A stretch of DNA of 64,000 nucleotides from the human T2T-CHM13v2.0 reference genome, Homo sapiens, in NCBI RefSeq assembly GCF_009914755.1, contig NC_060931.1. One strand, given 5' to 3'. The notes below the pieces were generated by a model that saw only the letters and a list, made by a program, of their open reading frames with translations, had not been told where the DNA came from and did not search any database. Of this stretch, positions 32,549 through 47,131 are shown piece after piece. The translations under genes were made by a program, and so were the position numbers. Each line of letters starts with the position of its first letter. Positions within the stretch are counted from its first letter, which is position 1.

Positions 32549-33809
32549 AAAAAGTGGGCTAAGGACATGAATAGACAACTCTCAAAAGAAGATATACAAA
32601 TGGCCAACAAACATGAAAAAATGCTCAACATCACTAATGATCACGGAAATGCAAATCAAAACTACAATGCGTTACCACCTGACACCTGCAAGAATGGCTA
32701 TAATAAAAAAAATAGTAGATATTGGCATGGATGCAGTGAGCAGGGAGCACTTCTATACTGCTGGTGGGAGTGCAAACTAGTACAACCACTATGGAAAACA
32801 GTGTGGAGATTCCTTAAAGAACTAAAAGTAGAACTACCATTTCATCCAGCAATCCCATTACTGGGTATCTACCCAGAGGAAAAGAGATCATTATACGAAA
32901 AAGATACTTGCACACGCATATTTATAGCAGCACTTCACAATTGCAAAAATGTGAAACCAACTCAAATGCCCATCAATCAATGAGTAGATAAAGAAACTAT
33001 GAGATTTATATATATACACACACACAATGGAAAACTACTCAGCCATAAAAAGGAATGAATTAATGGTATTTGCAGTGTCCTGGATGAAATTAGAAACTAT
33101 TATTCTAACTTAAGTGATTCAAGAATGGTAAACCAAATATCATATGTTCTCGTTCATAAGTGGGAGCTAAGCTATGAGGATGCAAAGGCATAAGAAAGAC
33201 ACGATGAACTTTGGGGACTCAGGGAAAAAGGATGGGAACGGGGAGAGGGATAAAAGACTACACATAGGGTTCAGTGTGTACTGCTCGGGTGATGGATGCA
33301 CCTAAATCTCACTAATCACCACTAAAGAATTTACTCATGTAACCAAACACCACCCATTCCCCAATAACCTACGGAAATAAAAAAATAACAAAATAAAAAA
33401 TAGAAATGTAAAAAAAAGAAAAGAAGAAAGAAGCTAAGATCACATTTACAGGCTATGTATCATAAGCTAGGAGCAAATATTAGAGTTTGAGATGGCCCTT
33501 CACAACATTGTTAATAGGCCATCAAGTTCTACATTTGTCCTTCTAATGTTGCTCCTTCCAAATTTGGATAACTTTAAAGCCATTACACTGGCATGTAGAA
33601 CCCCATCTCTCAACCTCCTCTGCCCTCAGACGAGTGGTCTCACCGCACTCTAAAGTTTACTCATCCTGAGTCTACTCCTTTGGGGTTAATCTGGTAACTA
33701 ATCTGAACTGAAACTCTACGATGAAACATTGTATTTCCATTTAAGTAAGAGCGTTCTGAAGATCTCATGATTTCAATGGAAAGAAATGGCTTCTGTGATG
33801 ATTACTTCA

Positions 33810-34178
<369 letters not shown>

Positions 34179-34377
34179 ATCTGTCTGCAGTGTCCAAAAT
34201 CCATCAGTTCTGCTTTCATTCTGACATTCATTCACCTACTCTGGCTACTCACAGGTTGGCTCTGACCACAGGCCCAACTCTGTACGTCATGTGTCCATTA
34301 AAATATATGCCGTGGATCCTGCTCTCAGAGCATGCCAGATCACTATTTCTCAGTTGATAAGAATCACCCTGTCTTAG

Positions 34378-34648
<271 letters not shown>

Positions 34649-36100
34649 CCTGTCTTAGGGATTCTGATATGCTATCTGAGGCAAAGATCCTGAGTAATCT
34701 ACTCTAAACTAAATTTGGGAAATTTGGTTCTAGCCAAGAAAATATATACACACACACATACATACATTCACATAGATGTGTGTTTATGTACATATGAATC
34801 TGAATAAGTGCTAAAGCAAAATGGGGAAGAAGTACCAAGGGAAGGAAAATGTTATTCTGACTGAGGCATTGCAGAAAGCAGGGACAGCTTTTGAATTTTC
34901 TTTTAAAGGGCAAAGTTTCCTTTTTAGGCTGAGGAAGCACTATAGTCAGGCAGGGCATGGAGACGGGAAAGTACACAGCACACTGGGGAACGGGGTGTAA
35001 ATGGAGTGGTAGTGGGGTTCGAGGTGGACTGAGGTGCACGGAAAGATGTATTTCCTTTCCTCTTTGGTTGAAAATTTTTAAGATGAGTTAACAAACCAAT
35101 GGGGGTTTGGGGGGAAAGTACAAACAAAGATTCAAAGACTGAAATTCATATAAAACTACTTTTAAAAACCAGAAAGTTGAAATCTAGTCAGCTACACCTG
35201 TGTGAATGCAAGAAAAACATCAATCCAATTGTCATAGAACTGAAAATAAGTCTTAGCAAAGTACTTAGAAGGAGGGTTGCGGGGCCTTGTAGATTCATAT
35301 TCTTAATGATTTCATAGAATTTTCATAGAATTTGACCACCTAAAGCTAAAATTATGAGGCAGTGGGCAGGGCAGGGAATCAGGAGCATTGAAAAGAAAAG
35401 CCACATATGCTTAGAATAAAAACACCTAAACTGAGTGAAGGGAATGAGACTATCTAGCACTCTTTTGTTCCTTTGATATAGGAAGGGACTCATAAGTAGC
35501 CATAACCCAATACATCATTCTAACATCCTGAGAAATAAAGCAGAAACCATACTGTCAATGGGTAGGTGGGAAGAAAGTTGGCTTAAAGATAGGGCCAGCA
35601 ACGTTTATTTGGCCATCTTTGGGCAATGCCAGTGTAACACCAACAGTACTATCACTATCTTGAGATTCCTCTCCCAATTCAACCTCTCCTGGTTCACAAC
35701 ATAGCGATGAGGAAGGAGCTGTTATAACCAGAGTTTATACACCTTATATACTATTATTTTAATGACAAGATGGATTCAGACATCAGTATGTAATACTGTT
35801 CCAACCAATCAAAAAGGCTATTTGTGGACACAGAATTTGCAAGTGACTCCCAAATCTATTGGGACAAGATTCTTTGCAGAGCCATTCTTCACTAAGCTAG
35901 TCACTTTCCTTTTCTCACACAAAAAGCTTCTTCCTTTCTGCGACATCTTTTCTTTTAGTTTCTATGTCACTGTGTTCTAAATTGCTTCCTAACTCAATGG
36001 CTCTTCTCAAATTCCTCTATACAATTTCTAAACGTTGGTATATCCAGACCTCATTTCTCAGCCCTCTTCTCTTTATTTTCTTAATCGCACCCTATCTCCC

Positions 36101-36922
36101 TCTCAAATGTGGTCCTGAAACACTTTTACACTGTTGGTGGGAGTGTACACTATTTCAACCATTGTGGAAGACAGTGTGGCAATTCCTCAAGGATCTAGAA
36201 CTAGAAATACCATTTGACCCAGCAATCCCATTACTGGGTATACACCCAAAGGATTATAAATCATGCTACTATAAAGGCACATGCACACGTATGTTTATTG
36301 CAGCACTGTTCACAATAGCAGACTTGGAACCAACCCAAATGTCCATCAATGATAGACTGAATTAAGAAAATGTGGCACATATACACCATGGAATACTATG
36401 CAGCCATAAAAGAGGATGAGTTCATGTCCTTTGTTGCGACATGGATGAAGCTGGAAACCATCATTCTGAGCAAACTAACGCAAGGACAGAAAACCAAACA
36501 CCGCATGTTCTCACTCATAGGTGGAATTGAACAATGAGAACATTTGGACACAGGGTGGGGAACATCACACACTGGGGCCTGTCATGGGGTTAGGGGGATG
36601 GGGGAGGGATAGCATTAGGAGAAATACCTAATGTAAATGATGAGTTAATGGGTGCAGCAAACCAACATGGCACATGTATACATGTGTAACAAACCTGCAC
36701 GTTCTGCACATGTACCCCAGAACTTAAAGTATAATTTAAAAAAAACAAACCAGCAACAAATGTGGTCCTGAAACCAGTATCATTTGGAGAAATTAGAAAT
36801 GAAAATTATTAGGGCCCATCTCAACCCTACTGTATTAGAAACTCTTAGATAGGACCCAGCAATCTGTTTGACAAACCAGCCCTCTACATGATTATGATGC
36901 ACACTAACATTTGAAAACCAAA
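36101..36922. mobile_element. MER5A (hAT-Charlie MITE), split by L1 insertion
   Basis: tctcaaatgtggtcc [L1] ...ttagaaatgaaaatt.ttagggccc...cccagcaatctgtttgacaa..gccctc..atgattatgatgcacactaacatttgaaaacca. Confidence 0.8.
36122..36756 (+). mobile_element. 5'-truncated L1PA (about PA5-PA7) 3' end
   Basis: ORF2 end (TVWQFLKDLELEIPFDPAIPLLGI), 3'UTR G-tract, tail; perfect 18-bp TSD caaatgtggtcctgaaac at 36104-36121 and 36757-36774. Confidence 0.95.
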
Positions 36923-38188
36923 GCTATGGGTTATCTCACCCAATCACAAGTCATCAATATCACTGTATGATTATAACTCCTAAGTGTCTATCACTTATCT
37001 GATTCCTCCCCTGGACTCCAAATGGTATACCCAGCTGCTAACTTGACATGTCCACTTAGTTGCCACCAAGTATCTCAAACTTGTCACCTAAATAAAATTC
37101 TTGATTTTCCATTCCTCCCAAGTCTGTACTCTCATTCTGTCTCAGTAAATGACACTGCCATTCTTTCAATTGCTCAAACTAAGAACTAGGGTTTGTCTGT
37201 GATTCCTGTCTTCCATTCATTCTCATACCAAGTCCATCAGTGAGTCTTGTCAATTCTACATCCAAAACACATTAAAATCCAATTATTTCCACCTCTTCAC
37301 CTTCACTGCTACCACCTTAATCTAAAATACTACCCAATGTAACAGGAGCAGCAAAAGTAAGAGAATAAAATCATAAAATAGAAATTTTGGGGGAAGAATC
37401 AGAGACAAGGTACTATCACAAAAATCAAACAAGAGGAGAGTTTCAAGTAGAAAACAATACTCGATAAAAACCTCCAGGAAAGTCAAGAAAGAAAGCTGAG
37501 GAAAAAAAGTTGGTGATGCCTAAGAGTTCAAGACAGAATTTAAAAGACTAAACTATATAAATTGAAGGCATTCATAGAGAAATATTTTGAGTAAGCAAAG
37601 GGAGATGAGAGTTGACAAAAGTCAGTGCTTAGGACATCTGCTGAGACAGAAGAAATGAATGGAGGTTTGAAGAAGAAGCCAAAGGTTTCAACAGTCACTG
37701 CAAAGAAAAGCAAGTACTAAAACAACATAAGAAACAAAAATAACTGAATAGGGTAAATTAGTTAACCTTATAGTGAATTCGTCTTCTGGAGTATTTGACC
37801 TCCTCTGCCTGGAAGTGTGTCAAATTACAGAACTTGCATAATCGTTCTCTTCTTGGTATATCCCCAGATGGCCAATCTGTTCCCATAGATTATTTAAATG
37901 TTGACATGGATCATCACAATTAATTATTTTATTCATTGTGCTTGGCATTAACCACAAAGGAAATCAAAGTACTTGGACCTGTTAACATGCAAAGATTATA
38001 CCATAAAATTATATCACAAATAATATAGCTGAAGTGCTTCTAAGTACGTAAGAATTTTCTCACTCCATTTGTAGCTATTTATATTGTTGTTTGGAAAACA
38101 TACCTACTTCAAAGCATTCCAGAAACATAACTTCTAGCTAAGATTTAAACGATATGAGAAAACTACCCTGAATAAAAAAGATGAACCT

Positions 38189-41100
38189 ATTGCTGGCAAG
38201 ATGGCTGAACAGGAACAGCTCTGGTCTGCAGCTCACAGTGAGATTGATGCAGAAGGCGGGTGATTTCTGCATTTCCAACTGAGGTACCTGGTTCATCTCT
38301 TTGGGACTGGTTGGACAGAGGGTGCAACCAACGGAAGGTGAGCAGCAGAGTGGGGCATCACCTCATCCAGGAAGCGCAAGGGGTCAGGGAATTTTCTCCC
38401 CTACCCAAGGGAAGCTGTGAGGGTCTGAGCCTGAGGAACTCTGGCACAGATACTGCACTTGTCCTTCGGTCTTTGCAACCCACAAACCAGGAGATTCCTT
38501 CCTGTGCCTACCCCACCAGGGCCCTGGGTTTCAAGCACAAAACTGGATGGCCATTTGGGCAGACACCGAACTAGCTGCAGGATTTCTTTTTTTCCATACC
38601 CCAGTGGCGCCTGGAACGCCAGTGAGACAGAACTGTTCACTCCCCTGGAAAGGGGTGCTGAAGCCAGGGAGCCAAATGGTCTGGCTCGGCGGGTCCCACT
38701 ACCATAGAGCCCAGCAAACTAAGATCCACTGGCTTGAAATTCTCACTGCCAGCACAGCAGCAGTCTAAGATCTATGCAGGATTTTCAAGCTTGGTGGGGG
38801 GAAGGGTGTCTGTCATTGCTGAGGCTTAAGTAGGCAGTTTTATGCTCACAGCGTAAACAAAGCCACTGGGAAGTTCCAACTGGACGGAGCCTACTGCAGC
38901 TCAGCAAGACTGCAGCTAGACTGCCTCTCTAGATTCCCCCTCTCTGAGCAGAACATCTCTGAAAAAAATGGCAGTAGCCCCAGTCAGGGACTTATAGATA
39001 AAACCCCCATCTCCCTAGGACAGAGTACCTGGGGAAACGGGTGACTGTAGGCAAAGCTTCAGCAGACTTAAACATTCCTACCTAACAGCTCTGAAGAGAG
39101 CAGCAGACCTCCCAGCACAGTGTTCAAGCTCTGCTAAGGGTCAGACTGCCTCCCCAAGTGGGTCCCTGACCCCTGTGTATCCTGCCTGGGAGACACCTCC
39201 CAGTAGGGGCTGACAAACACCTCATACAGGAGAGCTCTGGCTGGCATCTAGCAGGTGACCCTCTGGGACGAAGCTTCCAGAGGAGAGATCAGGCAGCAAT
39301 CTTTGCTGTTCCACAGCCTCCACTGGTGGTATCCAGGAAAAACAGGATCAGGAGTAGACCTCCAGCAAACTCCAGCAGACCTGCAGCAGAGGGGACTATC
39401 AGAATGATAACTAATAAATGGAAAGGAATAGCATGTCCTCAAAAAGACCCCATCCAAAGGTCATCAACAAAGACAAAAGGTAGAAAAATCCACAAAGATA
39501 GGGAGAAACCAGCACAAAAAGGCTGAAAATTCCAAAAACCAGAATGCCTCTTCTCCTCTAAAGGATCACAACTCCTTGCCAGCAAGGAAATGCAACTTGA
39601 TGGAGAATGAGTTTGACGAACTGACAGAAGTAGGCTTCAGAAGGTGGGTAATAATAAACTCCTCCAAGCTAAAAGAGCATGTTGTAACCCAATGCAAGGA
39701 AGCTAAGAACTGTGAAAAAAGGTTAGACAAATAGCTAACTAGAATATGACCAGTGCAGAGAAGAACATAAATGACCTGATGGATCTGAAAAACACAGCAT
39801 GAGAACTTCAAGAAGCATACACAAGTTCCAATAGGCAAATCGATCAAGTGGAAGAAAGGATATCAGTGATTGAAGATCAATTTAATGAAATAAAGAGAGA
39901 AGACAAGATTAGAGAAAAAAGAATAAAAAGGAACGAACACAGCCGCCAAGAAATATGGGACTATGTGAAAAGACCAAATCTACATTTGATTGGTGTACCT
40001 GAAAGTGACGGGGAGAATGGAACCAAGTTGGAAAACACTCTTCAGCGTATTATCCAGGAAAACTTCCCCAACCTAGCAAGACAGGCCAACATTCCAATTC
40101 AGGAAATACAGAGAATACCACAAAGATACGCCTCGAGAAGAGCAACCCCAAGAGAAATAATCATCAGATTCACCAAGGTTGAAATGAAGGAAAAAATGTT
40201 AAGGGCAGCCAAAGAGAAAGGTCGGGATATGCACAAAGGGAATCCCATCAGACTAACAGCAGATCTCTCTGCAGAAACCCTACAAGCCAGAAGACAGTGG
40301 GGGTTAATATTCAACATTCTTAAAGAAAAGAATTTTCAACCCAGAATTTCATATCCAGCCAAACTAAGCTTCATAAGCAAAGGAGAAACAAAATCCTTTA
40401 CAGACAAGCAAATGCTGAGAGACTTTGTCACCACCAGGCCTGCCTTACAAGAGCTCCTGAGGGAAAACACTAAACATGAAAAGAAACAACTGGTACCAAC
40501 CATGGCAAAAACATACCAAATTATAAAGAACATCGAAACTATGAAGAAACTGCATCAACTAATGGGCAAAACAACCAGCTAGCATCATAATGACAGGATC
40601 AAATTCACACATAACAATATTAACCTTAAATGTAAATGGGCTAAATGCCCCAATTAAAAGATGCAGACTGGCAAATCTGATAAAGAGTCAAGACCCATCA
40701 GTGTGCTGTATTCAGGAGACCCATCTCATGAGCAAAGACACACACAGGCTCAAAATAAAGGAATGGAGGAATATTTACCAAGTAAATGGAGAGCAAAAAA
40801 GCAGGAGTTGCGATCCTAATCTCTGATAAAACAGACTTTAAACCAACAAAGATCAAAAGAGACAAAGAAGGCCATTACATAATGGTAAAGGGATCAATGC
40901 AGCAAGAAGAGCTAACTATTCTAAATATATGTGCACCTAAGACAGGAGCATCCAGATTCATAAAGCAAGTTCTTAGAGACCTACAAAGAGACTTAGACTC
41001 CCACACAACAATAGTGGGAGACTGTAACACTGCACTGTCAATATTAGACAGATCAACAAGACAGAAAATTAACAATGATATTCAGGACTTGAACTCAGCT

Positions 41101-44100
41101 CTGGACCAAGTGGACCTAATAAACAGCTACAGAACTCTCCACCCCAAATCAACAGAATATATATCCTTCTCAGCACCTCATCGCACTGATTATAAAATTG
41201 ACCACATAAATGGAAGTAAAACACTCCTCAGCAAATGCAAAAGAACAAAAATTATAAAAAACAGTATCTCACACCATAGAGCAATCAAAATAGAACTCAG
41301 AATTAAGAAACTCACTCAAAACCACACAACTACATGGAAACTGAACAACCTGCTCCTGAGTGATTACTGGGTAAATAACGAAATTAAGGCAGAAATAAAG
41401 ATGTTCAGTGAAACCAATGAGAATGAAGACACAACATACCAGAATCTCTGAGACACATTGAAAGCATTGTGTAGAGAGAAACTTATAGCACTAAATGCCC
41501 AGAAGAGAAAAGCAGCAAAGATCTAAAATTGACACCCTAACATCAAAATTTAAAAAACTAGAGAAGCAACAGCAAACAAATTCAAAATCTAGCAGAAGAC
41601 AAGAAATAACTAAGATCAGAGCAGAACTGAAGGACATAAAGACACAAAAAACCCTTCAAAAAAAATCAAAGAATCCAGGAGTGGATTTTTCAAAAAGATC
41701 AACAAAATAGATAGAATGCTAGCCAGACTACTGAAGAAAAGAGAGAAGAACCAAATAGATGCAATTAAAAATGATATAAGGGATATCACCACTGATCCCA
41801 CAGAAATACAAACCACCATCAGAGAATACTAGAAACACCTCTATGCAAATAAACTAGAAAATAGAAGAAATGGATAAAATCCTGGACACATACACTCTAC
41901 CAAGTCTAAACCAGGAAGAAGTCAAATCCCTGAATAAACCAATAACAAGTTATGAAATTGAGGCAGTAATTAATAGCATACCAACCAAAAAAAGTCCAGG
42001 ACCAGATGGATTCACAGCCAAATTCTACCAGAGGTACAAAGAGGAGCCGGTACCATTCCTTCTGAAATTATTCCAAACAATAGAAAAACAGGGAATCCTT
42101 CCTAACTCATTTTGTGAGGCCAGCATCATCCTGACACCAAAACCTGGCAGAGACACAGCAAGAAAAGAAAATTTCTGGCCAATATCCCTGATGAACAATG
42201 ATGTGAAAATCCTCAATAAAACACGGGCAAACTGAAACCAGCAGCACATCGAAAAGCTTATCCACCACAATCAAGTCAGCTTCATTCCTGTGATGCAAGG
42301 CTGGTTCAACATATGCAAATCAATAAACGTAATCCATCATATAAACAGAACCAATGACAAAAACCACATGATTATCTCAATGGATGCAGAAAAGGCCTTC
42401 AACAAAATTCAACACCGCTTCATGCTAAAAACTCTCAATAAACTAGGTATCGATGGAACGTACCTCAAAATAATAAGAGCTAATTATGACAAACCCACAG
42501 CCAATACCATACTGAATGGGCAAAAACTGGAAGCATTCCCTTTGAAAACCAGCACAAGACAAGGATGCCCTCTCTCACCACTCCTACTCAACATAGTATT
42601 GGATTTTCTGGCCAGGGCAATCAGGCAAGAGAAAGAAATAAAGGGTATTCAAATAGGAAGAGGGGAAGTCAAATTGTCGCTGTTTGCAGATGACATGATT
42701 GTATATTTAGAAAACCCCATAGTCTCAACCCCAAATCTCCTTAAGCTGATAAGCAACTTCAGCAAAGTCTCAGGATACAAAATCAATGTGCAAAAATCAC
42801 AAGCATTCCTATACACCAATAACAGATAAACAGAGCCAAATCATGAGTGAACTCCCATTCACAATTGCTACTAAGAGAATAAAGTACCTAAGAATACAAC
42901 TTCCAAGGGATGTGAAGGACCTCTTCAAGGAGAACTACAAACCACTGCTCAAGCAAATAAGAGAAGACACAAACAAATGGAAAAACATTCCATGCTCATG
43001 GATAGGAAGAATCAATATTGTGAAAATGGCCATACTGCCCAAAGTAATTTAGAGATTCAATGCTATCCCCACCAAGCTATCACTGACTTTCTTCAGAGAA
43101 TTGGAAAAAACTACTTTAAACTTCATATGGAACCAAAAAGAGTGTGTATAGCCAAGACAATCTGGGCAAAAAGAACAAAGCTGGAGGCATCATGCTACCT
43201 GACTTCAAACTACACTATAAAGCTACAGTAAACAAAACAGCACGGTACTGGTACCAAAACAGATAAATAGGCCAATGGAACCGAATAGAGGCCTCAGAAA
43301 TAACACCACACATCTACAACCATCTGATCTTTGGCCAACCTGACACAAACAAGCAATGGGGAAAAGATTCCCTATTTAATAAAAGGTGTTGGGAAAACTG
43401 GCTAGCCATATGCAGAAAACTCAAACTGGACACCTTCCTTACACTTTATATAAAAATCGACTCAAGATGGATCAAAGACTTAAATGTAAGACCTAGGACC
43501 ATAAAAATCCTAGAAGAAAATCTGGGCAATACCATTCAGGACATAGGCACGGGCAAAGACTTCATGTCTAAAACACCAAAAGCAATGGCAACAAAAGCCA
43601 AAATTGACAAATGGGATCTAATTAAACTAAACAGCTTCTGCACGGCAAAAGAAACTATCATCAGAGTAAACAGGCAACCTACAGAATGACAGAAAATTTT
43701 TGCAATCTATCCATCTGACAAAGGGCTAATATCCAGAATCTACAAAGAACTTAAACAAATTTACAAGAAAAAACAACCCCATCAAAAAGTAGTCAAAGGA
43801 TATGAAGAGACACTTCTCAAAAGAAGAAATTTATGTAGCTGACATATGAAAAAATGCTCATCATCACTGGTCATTACAGAAATCAAATCAAAACCACAAT
43901 GAGATACCACCTCATGCCAGTTAGAATGGCAATCATTTAAAAAGTCAGGAAACAACAGATGCTGGAGAGGATGTGGAGAAATAGGAATGCTTTTACACTG
44001 TCAGTGGGAGTGTAAATTAGTTCAACCATTGTGAAAGACAGTGTGGCGATTCCTCAAGGATCTAGAAGCAGAGATACCATTTGACCCAGCAATCCCATTA

Positions 44101-44607
44101 CTGGGTATATACCCCAAGGATTATAAATCATTCTACTATAAAGGCACATGCACATGTATGTTTATTGTGGCACTGTTCACAATAGCAAAGACTTGGAGCC
44201 AACCCAAATGTCCATCAATAATACACTAGATAAAGAAAATGTGGCACATATACACCACGGAATACTATGCAGCCATAAAAAAGGATGAGTTCATGTCCTT
44301 TGCAGGGACATGGATGAAGCTGGAAACCATCATTCTCGGCAAATTATCACAAGAACAGAAAACCAAACACCTCATGTTCTTATGCATAAATGGTAGCTGA
44401 ACAATGAGAACACATGGACATAGGGAGGAGAGCATCACACACCGGGGCCTGTCGTGGGGTGGGGGGCTAGGGGAGGGATAACATTAGGAGAAATACCTAA
44501 TGTAGGTGACGGGTTGATGGGTGCAGCAAGCCACCATGGCAAGTATATACCTATGTAACAAAACTGCACATTCTGCACATGTATCCCAGAACTTAAAGTA
44601 TAATAAA
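38189..44607 (+). mobile_element. Full-length LINE-1, L1PA7-like, inactive
   Basis: 5' gctggcaagatggctgaacaggaacagctctggtctgcagctc; ORF1 start decayed ATG>ATA at 39498; ORF2 from 40590 (MTGSNSHITILTLNVNGLN), frameshifted, FADD retained; perfect 15-bp TSD aaaaaagatgaacct at 38174-38188 and 44608-44622. Confidence 0.97.
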
Positions 44608-44665
44608 AAAAAAGATGAACCTTAAAACTATCATGAGGGCCAAAACTGCTTATAGATTGTACATG

Positions 44666-47131
44666 TAGTCATGTACTACATAATGATGTTTCACCCAGTG
44701 ACCGCATATAGGATGGTGATTCCATAAGATTATAATGGAGTTGAAAAATTCCTATTGCCTATTGACATCCTAGCCATCTTAAGATTGTAGCACAACACAT
44801 TACTCATGTGTTTGTGTCGTGGCTGGTGTAAACACACCTATTGTGCTGCCAGTTTTATAAAAGTATAGCACATACAATTATGCACTACATAATACTTGAT
44901 AATAAATGACTATGTACTGGTCTATATATTTACAGTACTATATATTTTATCATTATTTTAGAGTGCATTCCTCCTACTTATTAAAAAAACAGTTTACTGC
45001 AAAACAGTATGACATCTTACACCAGCAGCAGCCTCATACAGCTCATGTTTATTGCATCTCTTGTTTGCAACATTTTCTCTTTTGCTTGATTTAATCTTGT
45101 GTTGTTTTGTTGGTTGTGGCTCCTAAGCATATAAAATCCACTGCTGATGTTGCCAGTAAGAGGCCACATCAAATGTCTGACTTGGAAACAAAATTACAAG
45201 TGATTAAGGGCCATTAAGGTGGAAAGTCAGTGGCGGTTATTGCTCACTAGTCAAGCACGTTCTATTCCACCATAGCTATGATCTTGAAGAACAAGAACAA
45301 AGTAACAGAAACTGTTAAAAGATCTGCTTCACTGAAGGCAACAAGACACAAATTTCAGGAAGGGCCTATATCAGGTAAGAAGAAATTTGTAATGACCTGG
45401 ATTAAGGACCAGACAGAAAAGCATATCCCTCTCAGGACCATAACAATCATGTCTACAGCAAAAAGTTTGTTTGCTATGTTAAAAGAAAAGGCTGGGCCTG
45501 ACTAGGATGTTGAATTTACTGCTAGCTCTGTGTGGTTTAAATGATTCAAGAATCATTATTTATTACATAATGTGAATATGAGTGGTGAGTCTGCAAGTGT
45601 TAATGAAAAGGCAGCTGAAGAATTTTTGGAAACACTACATAAGCTGACTGTGGAAGAAAATTACTTACCAGAGAAAATCTTCAATATGAATGAAACCTGC
45701 TTATGAATGCCTGAGAGGACTTTCATCCATGAGAAAACTAAGTCAGTGCCAGGGTTTAAGCTTTCTATGACAAGATAACAGTCTTGCTGGGGGCAATGTT
45801 GCAGGCCACGAATTGAAACCTTTCGTAATCTGGCACAGTGAGAACATGAGGGCCTTCCAGCATGTCAATAAGCATACATGGCCTTTGTACTACAAAGCAA
45901 AAAGAAGTAACGGATGACCCAGCTCCTCTTCCAAGATGGCCTCCTGAATTCCTATGCCAGTTAAATAAAAGAGTACTGTTTGGAGATAATATACCTTTCA
46001 AGATTTTGCTTATTGTTCATAATGTTCCTGCACATCTTCCTTTCACTGGTGATTATCACAATGTCAAAGTGGTGTTTTCGCCTCTAAACACCAGCTCTTT
46101 GATCCAACCAATGGATCAAGAAGTAATAGCAGCTCTTAAGGCTGCTACCTGAAGAGGACATTATCTGCTTACAAGCAAATCTATGATGAAAAAAAGAAAC
46201 AGATCAAACAAATCACTGCCATAGACATATTTCTGAAAAGAGTAACATCTCCTCAAAAAGAGCCTCAGGCAAGTCCTTCAGGAGGTATTCCAGAAGAACG
46301 CATTGTTACCACAGGAGATGACAGCTCTATGTGTGTTACTGCCCCTGAAGACCTTTCACTGGGACAGGATGTGGAGGCAGAAGACAGTGATACTGATCAT
46401 CCTGACCCTGTTAGACCTAGGCTAATGTGTGTGTTTGTGTCTTGGTTTTTAATTAAAAAGTTTGAAAAGTAAAATAAATAAATAGATAAATTTTTAAATA
46501 GAGAAAAGTTTATAGAATAAGGATATAAAGAAAATATTTTTGTACAACTATACAATATGTTTGTGCTTTAAGTGTTATTATAAAAGAGTCAAAAAGTTTA
46601 AAAAATTTTTAAAGTTTATAAAGTAAAAATGTTACAGTGAGTTAAGGTTAATTTATTTGTAAAGAAAAAATTGTTTTCATAATTTTAATGTAGCCTAAGT
46701 ATACAGTGCTTATAAAGCCTACAGCAGTGTACAGTAATGTCCTAGGCCTTCACATTCACTCACCCACTCATTCACTGACTCACCCAAGGAAATTTCCAGT
46801 CCTGCAAGCTCCATTTATAGTAAGTGCCTGAGACAGGTGTATCATTTTTTATCTTTCGTACCATACTTTACTGTACCTTTTCTGTATTTAGATATGTTTA
46901 GATAAATACTTACCATAATGTTACAAATGCCTCTAGTACTCAGTAAAATAACATGCTGTATAGATTTGTAGTGTAGGAGCAATAGGCTATATACCATATT
47001 GTCTAGGTGTGTAGTATGCTCAATCATCTAGATTTGTGTAAGTACACCCTATGATGTTCACACAACCATGAAATTACCCAATGATGCATTTGTCAGAACA
47101 TATCCCCATTATTAAGTGACACACATTAATG
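44666..47131 (+). mobile_element. Tigger3 (Golem) DNA transposon, both ends present, probably internally deleted
   Basis: Left end tagtcatgtactacataatgatgtttc...taagattataatggagttgaaaaattccta; right end tcagaacatatccccattattaagtgacacacattaatg followed by TA; internal pogo/CENP-B-like transposase remnants. Confidence 0.9.
45116..46200 (+). pseudogene. Decayed Tigger3 transposase (HTH/CENP-B DNA-binding plus DDD domain)
   Basis: DLETKLQVIK, STIAMILKNK, IFNMNET, FKILLIVHNVPAH and SLIQPMDQEVI; multiple stops and frameshifts. Confidence 0.85.

Larger units (their letters stand above)
26807..33429 (+). mobile_element. Full-length LINE-1, L1PB1 (L1PBa-type 5'UTR), inactive
   Basis: 5' gaggatcatggtggatgggaggcaggactagattgcagctcc; ORF1 remnants (MRRNQKTSSGNMTKQGSL); ORF2 remnants; 3' end acctacggaaataaaaaa; 15-bp TSD gaagct(t/a)agatcaca at 26792-26806 and 33430-33444 (14/15). 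Confidence 0.96.
35950..37330 (+). mobile_element. L2 fragment interrupted by MER5A and L1PA
   Basis: Left part ctaaacgttggtat..ccag...cagccctcttctctt...tctccc; resumes near 36925 with ggttatctcacccaatc...ctcagtaaatgacac...tccatcagtgagtcttgtcaattctacatccaaaa. Confidence 0.7.

Noticed and set aside
34980-35030. G-quadruplex
   Set aside because: Only three runs of three or more G with long loops; the clear G4-type tracts near 36586 and 44456 are the standard L1 3'UTR feature
38189-44607. Retrotransposition-competent L1
   Set aside because: ORF1 start codon lost; ORF1 and ORF2 split by many stops and frameshifts. The other two full-length copies are similarly disrupted.
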